A stretch of DNA of 64,000 nt from Octopus vulgaris (lineage: Eukaryota): positions 157,852,001 through 157,916,000 of the forward strand of contig OX597815.1 in assembly GCA_951406725.2 (NCBI GenBank). The letters are read 5' to 3'. The position numbers were made by a program, and so were the translations under genes. This document shows positions 1-15,360 of this stretch, in pieces. The notes under the pieces were generated by a model. It saw only the letters and a list, made by a program, of their open reading frames with translations. It had not been told where the DNA came from and did not search any database. How positions within the stretch are numbered: the first letter of the stretch is position 1; every line of letters begins with the position of its first letter.

Positions 1-1520
1 GGTGAATTAGTACACCAATATCCCACACGACTATGGTGTAGAACCTTATGATGAGTTACCTAGAGCTTAAGTTATATCAATCATCACTACAAAAATATGG
101 CACTTCATTTCATTGCTATTTAAAGGAGAACTGGAAGAGGTATTTGGATGATTGCTTTATACTTTGGAAAGACAGCATGGACAAACTCCTCGATTTCAAA
201 ATAATGCTTAACAATATTAATAGCAAAATACAATTCACCATGGAACACAGCAGTAAACAACTCCCTTTTCTTGACATCCTAATTAAGATAGCCACATCGA
301 AACACATTTTTTATAAACCCACAGGTTCTAAACAATGCCTATTATTTAACTCATGCCATCCCAAACATAAAAATTAATATACCTTATAATCTAGCAAAAA
401 GAATCTGTACCATAGTTTTGGACACCTATACTCGTTAACGAAGACTCCTTGAACTCAGATCAATACTAATCAAAAGATATTACCCAATATCATTAATAAA
501 TGATGGCATTAAACGAGCTAAGGAAATAGATATACGAACATTAAGGGAAGCCAACCGAAATGCTAAACCAGACTTTAAAATACTCCCCTACATCTCCACA
601 CATAACCCTAGAAACAACGAAGCCTTCAACATTATCACCCAAAATCTTCCCATCCCTACAGGAGATAAAACAATGAACAAAATTTTAAGTTCATAAAAAT
701 TATCAAAAGCAAAATGTCTCAACCTAAATCACTGAAAAAATATTAACCAGCGCAAGATAATATCCATTAACAACAGAATTAAAAGTAAAAAAAATATGAT
801 CGACCTAACTGTAGTACATGCCCCCACCTTTTGGAGGGTTCAGAATTCAACTTTAAATAAGGTGAAATATTTAAGATCAAATTTCACCTGTGCCTCGGAA
901 AATCTAATCTATGCCATTACATGCTTAGGATGTGGTAACAATTATATTGGCCAAACAGGAATATCATTCCGTCCAAGAACAACTCTCCACAAAGAACAAA
1001 TCCGCCACCCACAATACAGACAGTTACAGGTTAGTGAACACATAGAAATGTGTGCTAGGAATCTTAATCCTAATTTCCTAATTTTCCCCGTCTATCAATG
1101 TTCACAGAACACCTCAGTGCAACAAAGAATGAATAAAGAGGCAACTTTCATCAATAAATATCTTCCCCAACTCAATATGAACACACAACATAATACAGAA
1201 CACTACTAACCTTTCAATTAATACCATTAACCCCCATACGTCCCATACACCATTCATATTACAGATCTATATCTACCCTAATTGTACCAAATCCAGAACT
1301 ACTAACCTCCCTTAAACATAATCTTTTCCCCCAGGGACTAATAGACCTGACACCGCTCATTAATCGGTGTGCATTCAAATCAATTTACGAAACCGGTGTG
1401 CTTTTAACTCTCTTTAACAATTCACAATAATGACTTTTATTACTTTTATTCCTACCTCAGTTCATCTAATTGTATATATCTATTGTTACTTATCATAAGA
1501 AGCCTTTACTTTTTTTTGAT
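1..1520 (+). mobile_element. Penelope-like element (PLE), degenerate 3' part: RT C-terminus, GIY-YIG endonuclease and 3' non-coding region; runs off the window start
   Basis: ORF 48-377 has WKRYLDDCF, IQFTME, LPFLDI and YKPT (PLE RT motifs). ORF 796-1209 has NLIYAITCLGCGNNYIGQTG...KEATFINKYLPQLN (GIY-YIG). Stops and frameshifts lie between them. The 3' boundary is approximate. Confidence 0.9.
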
Positions 1521-3001
1521 TTCCAATGTGCATTCCGCTTATTTTTCTTCTTACTTTCCCCTTACATTTCCACGTGTAGTTTCTATTTTCTTTTTGAAAC
1601 ATATTTCTATTATATATATATATAAGAAACTCAGTATTAACCTCCTCCCACCCATCTTCCACTTCAAACCTTCGTCACCAGAACTTATCCTTCCCGCCCG
1701 TACTATACTCTTTACTTCTAACCTTAAAGCAATTGAAACTGAACCAAATAATTTCATTCATGGCAGAATCGACGTCGGAAGTCCCCCCGAGGAATCGATT
1801 TAGTAACTCATCGTTGTATTATTCTCTGCATTGACCGCGAGAAAAAGATTGACTTCCTTTAGTTCTCAGTCTCCCCAGCAGAAAATCAGCAACAGAGATT
1901 AGGTACAGCTTACCACTATAAGATGTTGGAGTATGATATCAATAACTTATAATGTAGGCAATTGATACATAATTTTATCGGCATCGGAGAGATGAAAAGT
2001 CAACTACCAGCAGGATTTTAATTCAGCACATAACGCTAAGAGACATAACTGAATACCGCACCATTCTACCAATTCTGTTAGTTCACCAAATTCAGCTAAA
2101 ACGTATTTCAGTTTTCATCAGTGCTTAAGTGCTCAGTTTAGGGACCTCACCAGGTCTGCAGAAAAGAGTGTATGCCCAGTGCGTACTAGTCTAGACTACT
2201 CATCCCTCGAATGGCTCCAGGTATCCCTGTACCGTTAAGTTCATATCGCTACATGATTCGATCCCATTGCGCAGCAAGTATCTTTCACTATAACCTCAGG
2301 TGGACTAAAGACTTGGGAGTGGAAGTCAAACAGTCGCGATATTTGTTCTAGCTCTCCGCGCTCTGGGTTCAAACCCCTCCGGGATAAATTTTACCTTCCG
2401 TCCTTTTGCGGTCGATAGAGTGCCAGTCCAGGACTATTGCCTCCCTGTCACTTTCTAGCTGTCAATATCCTTTATCTGTGGTAGTTAGCGAACGAACGGA
2501 GGCAGGAGAGATCATTGGGCAAACGTGAGAAGGCTGTTATGAGGAAGGGAGAAGTGTGAAGGAGAGTTCGAGAGAGGAGACCATGAGGGGTACTTTGAAA
2601 AGCTCAACTGTCCTTATATATTAGCAAGTTTATATAATGCTTAAGGGACATTTTAATCATTCTGTATATTATTTTAATATCGCTTGTAGCATCACCAATG
2701 ATTTTTAATTCGATTGTTTCGTTTTATTTGTCATATTTTAGTCAGAATAGAAGGCGCTACTCCTTTATAGGGACTCCGTGACTGATGGGAAAAAAGGAGG
2801 AAGATATCTTGAAAGTGGAGACTTGGTGTAAATGTTTCAACTGAGAGGATTCCGCTGAAGGATACAGTCAACCATTTAAAGAGAGATCAATCAACTCAGT
2901 TACAGTGAGGAACAAATAATATAAAACTTCAGATCTCGTATTTCGTTCTTATTTTATTTATTTATTTATTTATTTATTTATTTGTTTGTTTGGCTTCTTA
3001 C

Positions 3002-3033
3002 GTCTTAACAGCACCTCTTTCTCTCTTCATAAT
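3002..3033 (-). CDS. Candidate host micro-exon or first coding exon (I)MKRERGAVK(T)
   Basis: The minus strand reads tctctattttcttcgccag|attATGAAGAGAGAAAGAGGTGCTGTTAAGAC|gtaaga: a polypyrimidine+CAG acceptor and a GTAAG donor, with only one open frame, in non-repetitive sequence. No homology recognised. Confidence 0.25.
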
Positions 3034-3666
3034 CTGGCGAAGAAAATAGAGACCAAAATGATAACTTTGCCACTACTCACTGCAGCTACAAAATTCTCCT
3101 AAAGGTTTTCTTGTTGCAGATGCAGATCGGTTTCTTGGATTAAAGATTTTACTGTATCCCTATAGGTTTTACTTTAATTCTTCAGATGATCTTCAGCTAA
3201 CTTCCATTAAATTTCAACCAGATAAGATTCACATCATAAGTAGTGAATAACTTTACATATTCACATTAACGACACATTCACCCACGCTGGTTATCAACGT
3301 ACACACGCGCGCGCGCGCGATGTTTCAGTTCTTTAATTGTATTACTTTATATCTAAGCATTTAACTTATTCGACGAGCTGTCGTTGAACAAAAAATTTGC
3401 GATGTTTGTATAGAATCATGTCTCAAAAGAAAACGAGTAAAATTTCTGTGCTGTTTGTGTGTGTGTTTGTGTTTGTGAGTGTGTGTAAGTGTATGTGCGT
3501 GTGCGTGGTGTGTGTGTGTGTGTATGAAGTATATTTTAACAAATGTGCTGAAGCAATAAATGTATGTATGTCCATTTATATAGTATGATATATGTATAAA
3601 TATACACACACTTATATATTTTGTTTCACGAACATATAATCAAAATATATCACACACCCACATATA

Positions 3667-3768
<102 letters not shown>

Positions 3769-4585
3769 AAAAAGGAGGGAGAGAGAGAGATAGAGAGAGA
3801 GAGAGAGAAAGAGCGAGAGAGAGAGAGAGTAAACAAATAAACTGAAAATAAAAGTAAAGAAGTTAAGTGTTGAAGCCGAGACATGATATTAATGATTAAA
3901 GAGCAAACTATCAGAATAATCCTGAAGGGGAATAAATTTCCACGTTAAAATCACCAATGAATGACAGCCCGGAAATATGATGTACCTTCCTGAGAAACAA
4001 GATTGCTGTTCAGTATTCCACCTGTACAGTCTTATGACTCCAGTATAAAGACAACTACAGATGGACGGATGTTTTAAAATTAATCCCTTGAGCAATTATA
4101 GACTATTTTAGAAGGGATAAACAAAGAACATTGCTCGGAGGTGTACAAGATGCGAAATTCTTTTTTGAGGATGCGATCTTGAACATGAATGCGTGTGTTG
4201 AAATCCAATTCCTTCATTGTGTGTTAGAGATGTCTGAGATATATTTGGGAAAATTAATCTTCTTAGCAATTATCGAGCGATCTAGTAAAATTAAATACTT
4301 TATCTTTTATTTTCTTTACTTTTAATAGTGTAGAAGAGATTGTTAAAAAGTAAAGAAAACAGAAAATATCGATCGTACTGTGTATAATGTTAAAAGGCAT
4401 CGCATGGTAATGAATCAAAAAGAAAAAAAAAAACAAGCCCTAAATACTTTATTTAATTTTTCTTTATACAAATATGATTTCTTACGTTTGCACAAAATCA
4501 AAGATTTATAAGACTGAGACTTATTTTATTTCCCTATAAAGGATAAAATAAAGAAAAATATTCTCCGAGTGGAATTTTAATATAA

Positions 4586-5021
4586 TAATAATCCTTTCTA
4601 CTAAAGACACACGGCCTGAAAATTAGGGGATGGAATGTGTCGATTACAACTGCTACTTATTTAATCGACCCAGAAAGGATGAAAGACAAAGTCCACCTCG
4701 GTGGAATTTGAACTCAGAACGTAGTGACGGGCGAAATGTCGTTAAACGTTTTGCATGGCATGCTAACAATTCTGCCAGTTCGCCGCCTTATAATAATAAC
4801 AATAATCCTTTCTACTAAAGGCACAAAGCCTTGAAATTTGGTTGGAGGGGACTAGTCGATTACATCGACCCCAGTGTTTCACTGGTACTTGATTCATCGA
4901 CCCCGAAAGGATGAAAAGCAAAGTCGACCTGGACGGAATTTGAATTCAGAAGACAGCGTCAGACGAAATGCCGCTAAGCATTTCGCCCGGCGTGCTAACA
5001 ATTCTGGCAGCTCGCCGTTTC

Positions 5022-5072
<51 letters not shown>

Positions 5073-5298
5073 GCGATAATCCTTTCTACTATAGGCAAGG
5101 CACAAAGCCTGAAACTTGGGGGAAGCAATTAAGTCGATTACATCGAACCCAGTGCGTAACTGGTATTTATTTCATCGACCACGAAAGGATGAAAGGCAAA
5201 TTCGACCTCGGCGGAATTTAAACTCTGAATATAAGGGCGGACGAAATGCCGCTAGGCATTTTGTTCTGTGTGCTAAAGATTCTGCCAGCTTACCGCTT
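4586..5298 (-). mobile_element. Three tandem copies of a tRNA-derived SINE (family S1; about 4590-4790, 4805-5020, 5078-5298) separated by (AAT)n
   Basis: Each copy has the reverse complement of ggcgagctggcagaa..ttagca...ttctgagttcaaattccgccgaggtcgactttgcctttcatcctttcggggtcga (A/B-box-like head plus conserved core) and ends in an (ATT)n tail. Confidence 0.85.
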
Positions 5299-5302
5299 TA
5301 GT

Positions 5303-5320
5303 AATAATAATAATAATAAT

Positions 5321-5372
<52 letters not shown>

Positions 5373-5429
5373 TTAATTCTTCTTGTTCTTCTTCTTCTTC
5401 TTGTTCTTCTTCTTCTTCTTCTTCTTCTT

Positions 5430-5460
<31 letters not shown>

Positions 5461-5485
5461 TTATTATTATTATTATTATTATTAT
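5303..5485. repeat. Compound trinucleotide microsatellite (AAT)n-(TCT)n-(TAT)n
   Basis: Read directly from the sequence. Confidence 0.95.
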
Positions 5486-7303
5486 TGCCATCGTTGTTGT
5501 TATTTTAAAGCTACTCCCGAGAAGAGAGGAAATGCCCAAGACCTTCGTAGCCCGGAATAACACCACTAACTACACCTTATGAGTATTTTTGTGAATTTTA
5601 TTCTAATGTATGCTTTCGTATGCCTTTAGTTTGAGCATTACAATGCCTCTTGATGATTCACACCTGACACTACCTTCCCTTTGCATTATCAAAAAGGTAA
5701 AAAGCAAAAGGTTTCGCAGGGATTTGTCAGCCATCTAATCGGACAAGATTCTGCTTCAGTGGGTAACACCTCAGTGGGGTAAGATTGAGGCTACCGTATC
5801 AAATGATACATAATCTCGTATCTTCTAATAAATATCCTTGCGACTAAAAATTTCAGTGGCTCTACTCGCAGCCGTTCAGTTACTCATAGAGGACGAAGTT
5901 GCCGTCATTGTTATTGTTGTTTTTAGCCTCTTGTTAACCTACATTGAGTAGACTGCATAATCAAATACATTCAATCATTACTATCCCTTAATTTTGTGAA
6001 TATCTGGGACTACGTATCCAATGTTTACTCCCTTTGCAAAACGTTATTTTCTTCAGTGATTGCAGAGCCACCAACTCCCTTTGAATCTCGAGGTCTTCTA
6101 ATCACGTTACTCCTGATCCAGTAACTGAATTTCTTACTAGATAATATAAACATATAATTGTATCTCTGAGAGACTACGGAAACCCTAAATATCATTGATA
6201 TCTTTTATTGATATATTTTATACAGCCGTAACTGTTTCTATGACAATCCAGTCATCTGAATATATCATCACCAAGACAATACACATCACATTTTCCTTCA
6301 ATGAAGGTACAACACTTCCTGAACACATTGTTATTTCAAGTCATCTAACTAGTCGGATCTCAACCAGTTTTATATAGACCACCCCTAACAGCAAATTTCC
6401 ACGGTTACTACAAGATATATCTGGGATAGCTTAGTAGGTGGCTAAAGCCAATACATTTTGCTTGTTCTTTTACATCATTCTTACATCCAAAGCTTACAAA
6501 TTAAACCGAAAATTTACTTGCATCTGAGCTACATAAGTACTGGCAAAGAACATTGTTTACGACATCTAAACCAATGTTTATCAAAATCTAGTCCGAGGAA
6601 ATCCAAAGTTTCCGGAAGAGATTCTGGCATTGCACAAGAAAAAGGTCCCTTCGATAAATTTAATTAAAATATGTTTTAAATTAACAAAAAAGTCGGTATT
6701 CACCACTTCAAAATAATGTTCTTAAATTTTTTATACATAAATAAATTCTTCCTCTAAAATATATATTCTTTTCATTTAATGTTTTATTAAACATAGAGTA
6801 GCAAGGATTGTCTACAAATTATAGGTATTGGTTTCGCGATTTTTGGATAGTTATAAAAGGTTCCGCGACAAAATAACTTTGGGAGCTGCTGACTGTTAAT
6901 TTAGAGATCTTTTACTCGCCCCCACGATGCATAAAAGACAAGTAGAAGAAAAGCATAGAATACTTTCGTGAATTTTACAGCTTGTAAAGCTCTCCTGCAT
7001 TCTAAATAATAAAAAAGGCCTTGTTCCTTACTAAATTGATTCGCTATTCACTCACCACAGAACAGTGACGATAGCTCTACAAGGAACCTATCATTTTGAA
7101 CTATACACTGCACGCACACACACCCAGCAAAATTCCTCGTTAGTTCCCAGTCTAACCTCCATGGACATAAAGAGACCACACACAGAAATGTCTCCTATCT
7201 CTCCTACTGAACAAAATGACCAGTCCGGAGGTACTCTTTCCGTCACCCTTAACAATGCAGTCCAGAGCTAGCAACTATCCTCGCCAGACACATCTCTCTC
7301 TCC

Positions 7304-7338
<35 letters not shown>

Positions 7339-7734
7339 CTATCTGTCTATCTATTCATATCTCTCTTCCCCCTCTCTTTCTCTGCATTTCTCTGGAAATC
7401 TTTGGAAACACACTAGAGTGTATCCCAGCCACATAAATGGCCACCACTCTAATCCAATTAATCTTCCCAGAATTACAACATTTAAAGACTCCTTCATGAC
7501 CAACAGCTTTTATTCTGTCGATAGCACTGTAACAATTTTTTTTCCTTTTTTTTTTCTTTGGCCATTAAGTGTTTTTGTTTTGCCTATTTGCTTCTATCTA
7601 GAAATCAAAGGAAATTACTACTGTTCCCTTCAAACTTTGCTTTTGTGACCCGGACACCAATGTTTTGAAACTGACCTATTTTCTATTACATTTCAGGCAG
7701 GTTCAGCGCTGAGTGACTGAAGCAGAACTATTGT

Positions 7735-7900
7735 TATAGCAAATATTCAGCTCAATACTACAGATTTGCCTGTGAGTTGCTTGACTTTAACCAGCTGAGT
7801 ATATCCCCTAGTGGCTGACGATATATGCATCTCTGACCATGGGCAGTAGTAGGGAAGCATCTTAGCCATGTATTGATAAGGATTCTTTGGAGTTTGAATA
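7735..7900 (+). mobile_element. Diverged internal fragment of the non-coding (TAA)n-associated element (see 30157, 57601, 21280)
   Basis: gctcaatactacagatttgcctgtgagttgcttgactttaaccagctgag...gtggctgacgatat matches 21395-21466 and the reverse complement of 30450-30589. Confidence 0.75.
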
Positions 7901-10644
7901 AATGTAAAAAAAGCAAAGCTTGAAGGAAATATTAGCCATTCTCCATACTTTCTAGGCGTAAGCAAACAGTAAATAATAGTTGCTACTCATGAACAAAACT
8001 CGGGTTACACAGTCTAATGGTCTGTTTAAACTTAGCATCAGCTGCATCAACTTCATCTGTTTTGAGGGTCTCGTTAAAGGTCATGGGATCTATTCCTTCT
8101 ATCTGACTGACTTATAAAACCAAATGATCTAATTGAATTCATATTTCTATTCAAATCCTCTTAAAATTATTTTAACTATCTTTGAACTGTTTACAGAAGT
8201 AACAAAGTTTCTGTTATTTAGGAAAATAAATTAAAATACAGGTCCTTCAGACCGTCTCTTAGGTGTTACTCTGATGAGATTCTGCCAACTCTCTGGTAAC
8301 ATTGCGCCGTATCAGTACATCTGACGAGATCTCCCTCCCACACAACAAAACAAAGGAGATCAACATCACCGACATCAAATCAACATCAACAATGATAACA
8401 ACTAAAAGCACGAACAAAATGAGAAGTCCGTATCAGTTTCGAATCTAGTTTCTAAGTGGGCCACAAAATCCGGTCTTGCATAGATATTTATAACCACAAT
8501 ACTGGAGCGTAGGAGAAAAGAATATTTTAATTACTGATACTTGTTATAAATAACTTGCAAAACTATCACTTAAATATTATCATAATTTCTATTTCCTGCA
8601 ATTGTGGAAAGAAATTGGTTTCAAAATACAACGATAGTAAATAACACGGTCTAATTCATATGAATTAACTCTCTTCCATTACTTTTCAATGCGACATGAT
8701 GAAATGAATGTATGTCAAACATATCTCTTGAACGATGGTATCAGATACCAGTAGCTATGAATAAACAATTGTTTTCTGATTTATGATCATTTAGACATTC
8801 ATTTCACTACGTCAATAAATCATTCAAAGACTAAATGATCTCACAAGTCAAAAACATTTATAATACAATCTTAGGTTTCTCGTCGTTTAACAGACACCAA
8901 AAGAGAAAGAAAGGAAAAAAATGTCAAGCTTGGGTTCAAAACCCTACTATTGATCAAATTGATAATGTTTTGATTTGATTAGCTTCCGGTGGTAGTTATA
9001 CTGATAATAACAACAGCTCTTAATAATTAAATATTGTCTTGTTGTGCTTATCTACAACTATTATTTTATTCATTTAGTTTCTGCATTATGTTTTAGTGAT
9101 TAGCTGGATAGATATTTTGTGAATGCCTTAGTTTAGATTAATTTCATTTATATCACAAATGAAACGTGTGTATCTTCAGTCCAAGGGCAAAACTCATGGC
9201 ATATATAGGCAATTTCGTTATAACCTCATTCAGTATGCACACATAGATAGCTTTAATAATGAAATGGTATGTGATGTTCTATTATTTTTTATGTTATTTA
9301 CAGTGTAAGCGAAATAAATTCATCCAACTAAAAGTTGAAACCGGCTGACAACTCTAACTTAACCACGTTCTGCTAGAAATTGTAGCCTATTAGGAAGAAT
9401 ATATATTAGATAATGTAAGCCTAAATACACAATGTTTGGAAAAGAACGGTAGCGTTAAAATGCCTGTTATAATAAGTATGGTTGTTTAGTTTTGATCTCG
9501 GGTTAGTGATCATACACATTAATCGGAACATCTAACACGAAAATCCTTACCTTCTGCTTTTGGCTTATGTTACTGTCATTATGTTACTAATTTCCTTGCC
9601 AGTATTTCGATGTATTCTAATGGTAAGACCCTACTCTCCTTCGTAAATATTTATCTCATAATCATTTTTGTTTTCCAAGAGCCGTCCCACATCGAAGGCT
9701 TCCGTTGAATATGAATGCGATCCTAACTTGTGCTTTTGTTACCTACATTATTTAAAAATTTGCTATTTTTCAAATTTAACGAGACGAAAATTTTGACATC
9801 CAATAAACAAATTTAAATTTAGCAACTTTATGGGTTATTAAATGGCTAGAATGCCTCTTTTATGATGTAATTGCTGATAATATTTCACCAAAATCGTTCT
9901 AAGAACAAAGAAATAAAGTTTAATGAATGTTACCTAGTATATAACAAGTACTTATTTTAACTCGAGTAATATATCGAACATCATCGCGATTCGGACACAG
10001 AAATAAAGGGATACAACAAAGTTCTCTACGATGCTTTGTCATGTATAGGTTTCAGTACCCAACCTAAGATACAATATTACTGACTATAAAAATGCTTTTG
10101 TTGCTAGTACATGGGTGAACTGGATTTCATCACACCAGTGTACTAGCATATTTCAAAATAAAATAATAAAAAAAAAAAAAAATCTTCTTGATTTCAGATA
10201 TATAGCAAACATGGATAAATGAAAAATATAAGGAAGAATATATTTCTGAATTCCATTTAATGAAACTTCTGTGGATTTTCAACAAATATATTTCATTAGG
10301 ATGTCTCTGAAGGCAATGATCAAAACACAAATTATGAATATAGAAAATTTTAGTCTCATTGAAGGCATTTCATACTGAATAACGGCAATCCAAAATATTT
10401 TTTTAACTAGACAAGTTTATGCATGAAGAGTAAATGCTGATAGATATTAAAGTGAAAATATTTATCAGTATTTTAGTTATCATTATCAACAACGTTATTA
10501 ATGTTACTGCTACTACGAATGCTACAATTCCTACTATTACTACATACTGGGATTGATGCTATCAGTTAACTCCTCCCCTCAAAATCGCTGGCTTAGTACC
10601 TAAATTAGAAATAATAATAATAATAATCATCATCATCATCGTCG

Positions 10645-10692
<48 letters not shown>

Positions 10693-10763
10693 ACATCATC
10701 AACATCATCATCGTTATTATTATCATTATCATTCTTCTTCTTCTTCTTCTTCTTCTTCTTCTT

Positions 10764-10794
<31 letters not shown>

Positions 10795-10811
10795 TTATTA
10801 TTATTATTATT

Positions 10812-11588
10812 GCCTTTGCACAGCTTCTAACGCCGGAGATGTATTACAGTGTCAGCGGTTCATTACCAGTGAACTAAGGTAATACCTCTTATTTTTCGAG
10901 CACCTTCCAGAATATTCGGGCGGTTCCAAGCAGTGCTGTTTTCTGCAAGTGCTACACCCTTATTGCAGCCCTTATTTGTTCCACGTACTTCTCGAGATTT
11001 TTGCTCACTGTTCCAAGGGCTCTGACAATTATTGGTACTACTGCTACCTTTTTCATTGACCACAACTGCTTAACTTCCCAAGCTAACCTGTCATATCTCT
11101 CGACTTTTCTTTCTTCCTTATTGCATACCTTGTTGCCAGCTGGGCATGCTATATCTATGATGCAGCATAGTTTGTTTTCTTTCTCAAACTTTCCGGCTTC
11201 CTATTCTCCATCTCATGGTCGCAATAGATCATAAAATCCCGTAGGATCTTTGCATTATCATTTTCGACGAAACCTTCGGGTTTGTGGTCGTGCCAATGTT
11301 TTGCTCTGTCAAGTCTGTACTTGTTGCAAATTGTACAATGGACAAGCCTGGCTATATTATCCTGGTGTCTCTTATATTCCTCCTGGGCTAGTGGCGTATA
11401 CTGGCTTTTAATATGCCATAAGGTTTCACCATTTTGTCCACAAATTCTGCATTTATCACTTTCTGATGTGTTGTCTATTCTGTATTTTATTTAGTTTGTT
11501 CTTAGTGCTTGCTCTTAGGCAGCACATATTAGAGCCTCCGTTTCCGGTTTTAAATCACTTTTAGTTATCTACGGCCATCTTTTTTCTC
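10812..11588 (-). mobile_element. R4/Dong-like RLE non-LTR retrotransposon, lineage A, 3' fragment (CCHC finger, restriction-like endonuclease, 3' UTR)
   Basis: The minus strand encodes degenerate PETEALICAA, CRICGQNGET..HI, ILRDFMI, CIIDIACPA and V..IIVRALG. The 3' end abuts (TAA)n at about 10810. Confidence 0.8.
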
Positions 11589-12826
11589 AACATTAGTTTG
11601 GATTTCATTTGTTTTATAGCTTTTGTTGTTTCTTCTTCTTCTTCTTCTTCTTCTTCTTCTTCTTCTTCTTCTTCTTCTTCTTCTTCTTCTTCTTCTTCTT
11701 CTTTTTCATATTTATTAGGTGGTATGATTTCTTGTTTGTATTTGTCAGCTTCCTTAAATACTGAGAACAGTTTTTTGTTTTGCTCGTGTTTTGCCGCTAT
11801 TTGTATCACTTTTCCTTCCTTCTGAAGTAGATATTTTTGCAGTCCTGTGGTGGTTATTTTATAGTAGTTTTCCAGCTGTATAAGGCCTCTACCACCTTCT
11901 ATACGTTGTATATATAGTCTTTCTATGTCAGATTTTGGGTGATGCATCCTAGATCCTGTTATTATTTTTCTTGTTTTCCTATCTATTTTGGTCAGTTCAT
12001 TTAGTGTCCAGTTAAGGATATTGTAGCTATAACTTATAACTGGGACAGCTAAAGTGTTAATACCTATTATCTTGTTTTTAGCATTGAGCTCTGTTTTTAG
12101 TATTGATCTAACTCGTCTATAATATTCTTTTTTTATTTTCTCTTTCATTTGTGTGTGTTGTGTCTTATCTAGTTCATGGATTCCTAAGTATTTGTAAGTT
12201 TGGCTTTGGTCTAATTCTTTTATTTCATTGGTTTTATCTAGTGTGATGTTGCTACTCTTAACTAGTTTTCCTCTTTTCAGGGTTACTTTGACGCATTTTT
12301 CTAATCCAAATTTCATATCTATTTCTTTGGTAAATCCATGAACTGTCTTTAATAGTTGTTTCCAGCTGTTTGTCATTTGCAGCGTATAGTTTTAGGTCAT
12401 CCATATATAAAAGGTGGCTGATCGTTTTGCCGTAACATTTATATCCGCATCCAGTTCTATTTAGCATATCAGATAGAGGTGACAGTGCCAAGCAGAAAAG
12501 GAATGGAGATAGCGTGTCTCCCTGGAATATTCCTCTTCTAATGGGGATGGCTTTGGTTTTCATGAGTCCCTCTTTTGTTTGGAGCTGTAGCACGGTTTGC
12601 TATTTATTCATAGAGTGCCCTATGAATTTTATAAGGGTTGGTGCTACTTTGTTAATGGTTAGTGTTTCGAGGATCCATGTGTGGGGGATGCTATCAAACG
12701 CCTTTTTGTAATCGATCCAGGCCATACTGACGCCTTTCTTCTTTCTGTGGCTGTCTTCAGTTATGGCTTTATTAATCATTAGTTGATCTTTACAGCCATA
12801 TGAGCCTTTGCGGCATCTTTTCTGCT
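11589..12826 (-). mobile_element. R4/Dong-like element, lineage B, RT-domain fragment
   Basis: GIFQGDTLSP, SHLLYMDDLKLY, KFGLEKC, YKYLGI and GGRGL are present. It is nearly identical by eye to 16260-17425, and its 5' end is truncated into (TAA)n. Confidence 0.92.
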
Positions 12827-12827
12827 C

Positions 12828-12880
<53 letters not shown>

Positions 12881-12943
12881 GTTATTGTTATTGTTGTTGT
12901 TGTTGTTGTTGTTCTTGTTGTTGTTATTATTATTATTACTATG

Positions 12944-12979
<36 letters not shown>

Positions 12980-12999
12980 GTTGTTGTTATTATTATTGT

Positions 13000-13322
13000 G
13001 AAGGCACGTAGCTTATTGGTTAGGGTATTCGGTTCACCGTCCGTGAGTTCAATTCCCAGCGGCGCGTTGTGTCCTTGAGCAAGACACTTTATTTCGCGTT
13101 GTTCCAGTCCACTTAGCTGGCAAAAATGAGATGTACCTGTATTTCAATGGGCTAGCCTTGTCACATTCCGTGTCACGCTGAATCTCCCCGTAAACTACGG
13201 TACGCATATCTGCAGAGTACTCAACAACTTGCACGTTAATTTCACGAACAGGATTTTAAGGAAGGCTGTTCCACTCATCGAATCAACTAAACCCCCATTG
13301 TCGTAATCCACGGAGTGCCATC
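13000..13322 (+). mobile_element. tRNA-derived SINE (family S3)
   Basis: Head gaaggcacgtagcttattggttagggtattcg...gagttcaattcccagc and central tgtgtccttgagcaagacactt. The 3' half is shared with 47041-47418. Flanked by (TTA)n. Confidence 0.75.
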
Positions 13323-13323
13323 C

Positions 13324-14432
<1,109 letters not shown>

Positions 14433-14459
14433 TGATTATTATTATTATTATTATTATTA

Positions 14460-15265
14460 TAGACGTCGCACAGTATAAAATATCGTGAGGTTGTTGATTG
14501 AAGATATTGTGCCTACTGGGGATTTGTACTGTCTGTCAAGTCGCAAGAAGTACCTCAGACAGACAGTACTTTACGCAATATGCGTGCAGTTTCAAGTAAT
14601 GCCGACTTTTGCAATACACCTAGATTGTAGGTTATTTCTAAAGTTTCCAGATGTTTTTTTTTTTTTCAGATTGGATGGTATTGAACTCAATACTCCGATT
14701 ACAATAGGGATAACCGTTGTTTGACTCAAGTAGCTGCTACATTTTAGCGATCTCAATTTTCAGGTCTCCATATTTATCAATCCTTTCTCTTTCTTTCATG
14801 ATAATATGTTGATCTCCTGGCACTGCCACGTCAATTAATAGGCACCTTTGTTTGTCCCTCTTAAAGGTTACTATATCCGGCCTTCGGTACTCTAATACCG
14901 CTTTCTGTCTGGAAGAAATGTTAGCACGCCGGGCGAAAAACTTAGCGGTATTTCGTCTGTCTTTATGTTCTGAGTTCAAATTCCGCCGAGGTCGACTTTG
15001 AGTTTCATCCTTCGGGTACAATAAATTAAGTACCAGTTGCGTACTGGGGTCGATCTAATCGACTGGCACCCTCCCTCAAAATTTCGAGCCTTGTGCCTAG
15101 AGTAGAAAAGAATACCTTGTCTGCCTGGAAGTCAAAGTCCCAGAGGATTTTTGCCTCTCCCTTTTCGTCCGTTACTTTTTCCGGTGTATGTTGGTACCAA
15201 GCAACCGTAACCTCATATCTATACTTACGGCATAGTAACAGGACAGGTTTTGAGATACCTTCTCG
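14460..15265 (-). mobile_element. R4/Dong-like element, lineage D, RLE fragment interrupted by a SINE
   Basis: ILWDFDFQ, RRPDIVTF..CLLIDVAVPGD and KYGDLKIEIAKM are present. Confidence 0.85.
14913..15112 (+). mobile_element. SINE S1 inserted into R4 lineage D
   Basis: S1 body flanked by an imperfect duplication: aataccgctttctgtctggaag / aataccttgtctgcctggaag. Confidence 0.85.
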
Positions 15266-15274
15266 TGTGTGCGC

Positions 15275-15344
<70 letters not shown>

Positions 15345-15360
15345 TATTATTATTATTATT

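Noticed and set aside
1340-1402. GAAACCGGT motif 3' of the first PLE as a hammerhead
   Set aside because: The position fits a relic, but there is no CUGANGA core with a closing stem II and the cleavage triplet would be GUG.
6430-6720. Possible transposase zinc-finger relic
   Set aside because: Similarity is too weak to support by eye.
8270-8335. CTGATGA and CTGACGA heptamers
   Set aside because: No downstream stem II plus GAAA; likely chance.
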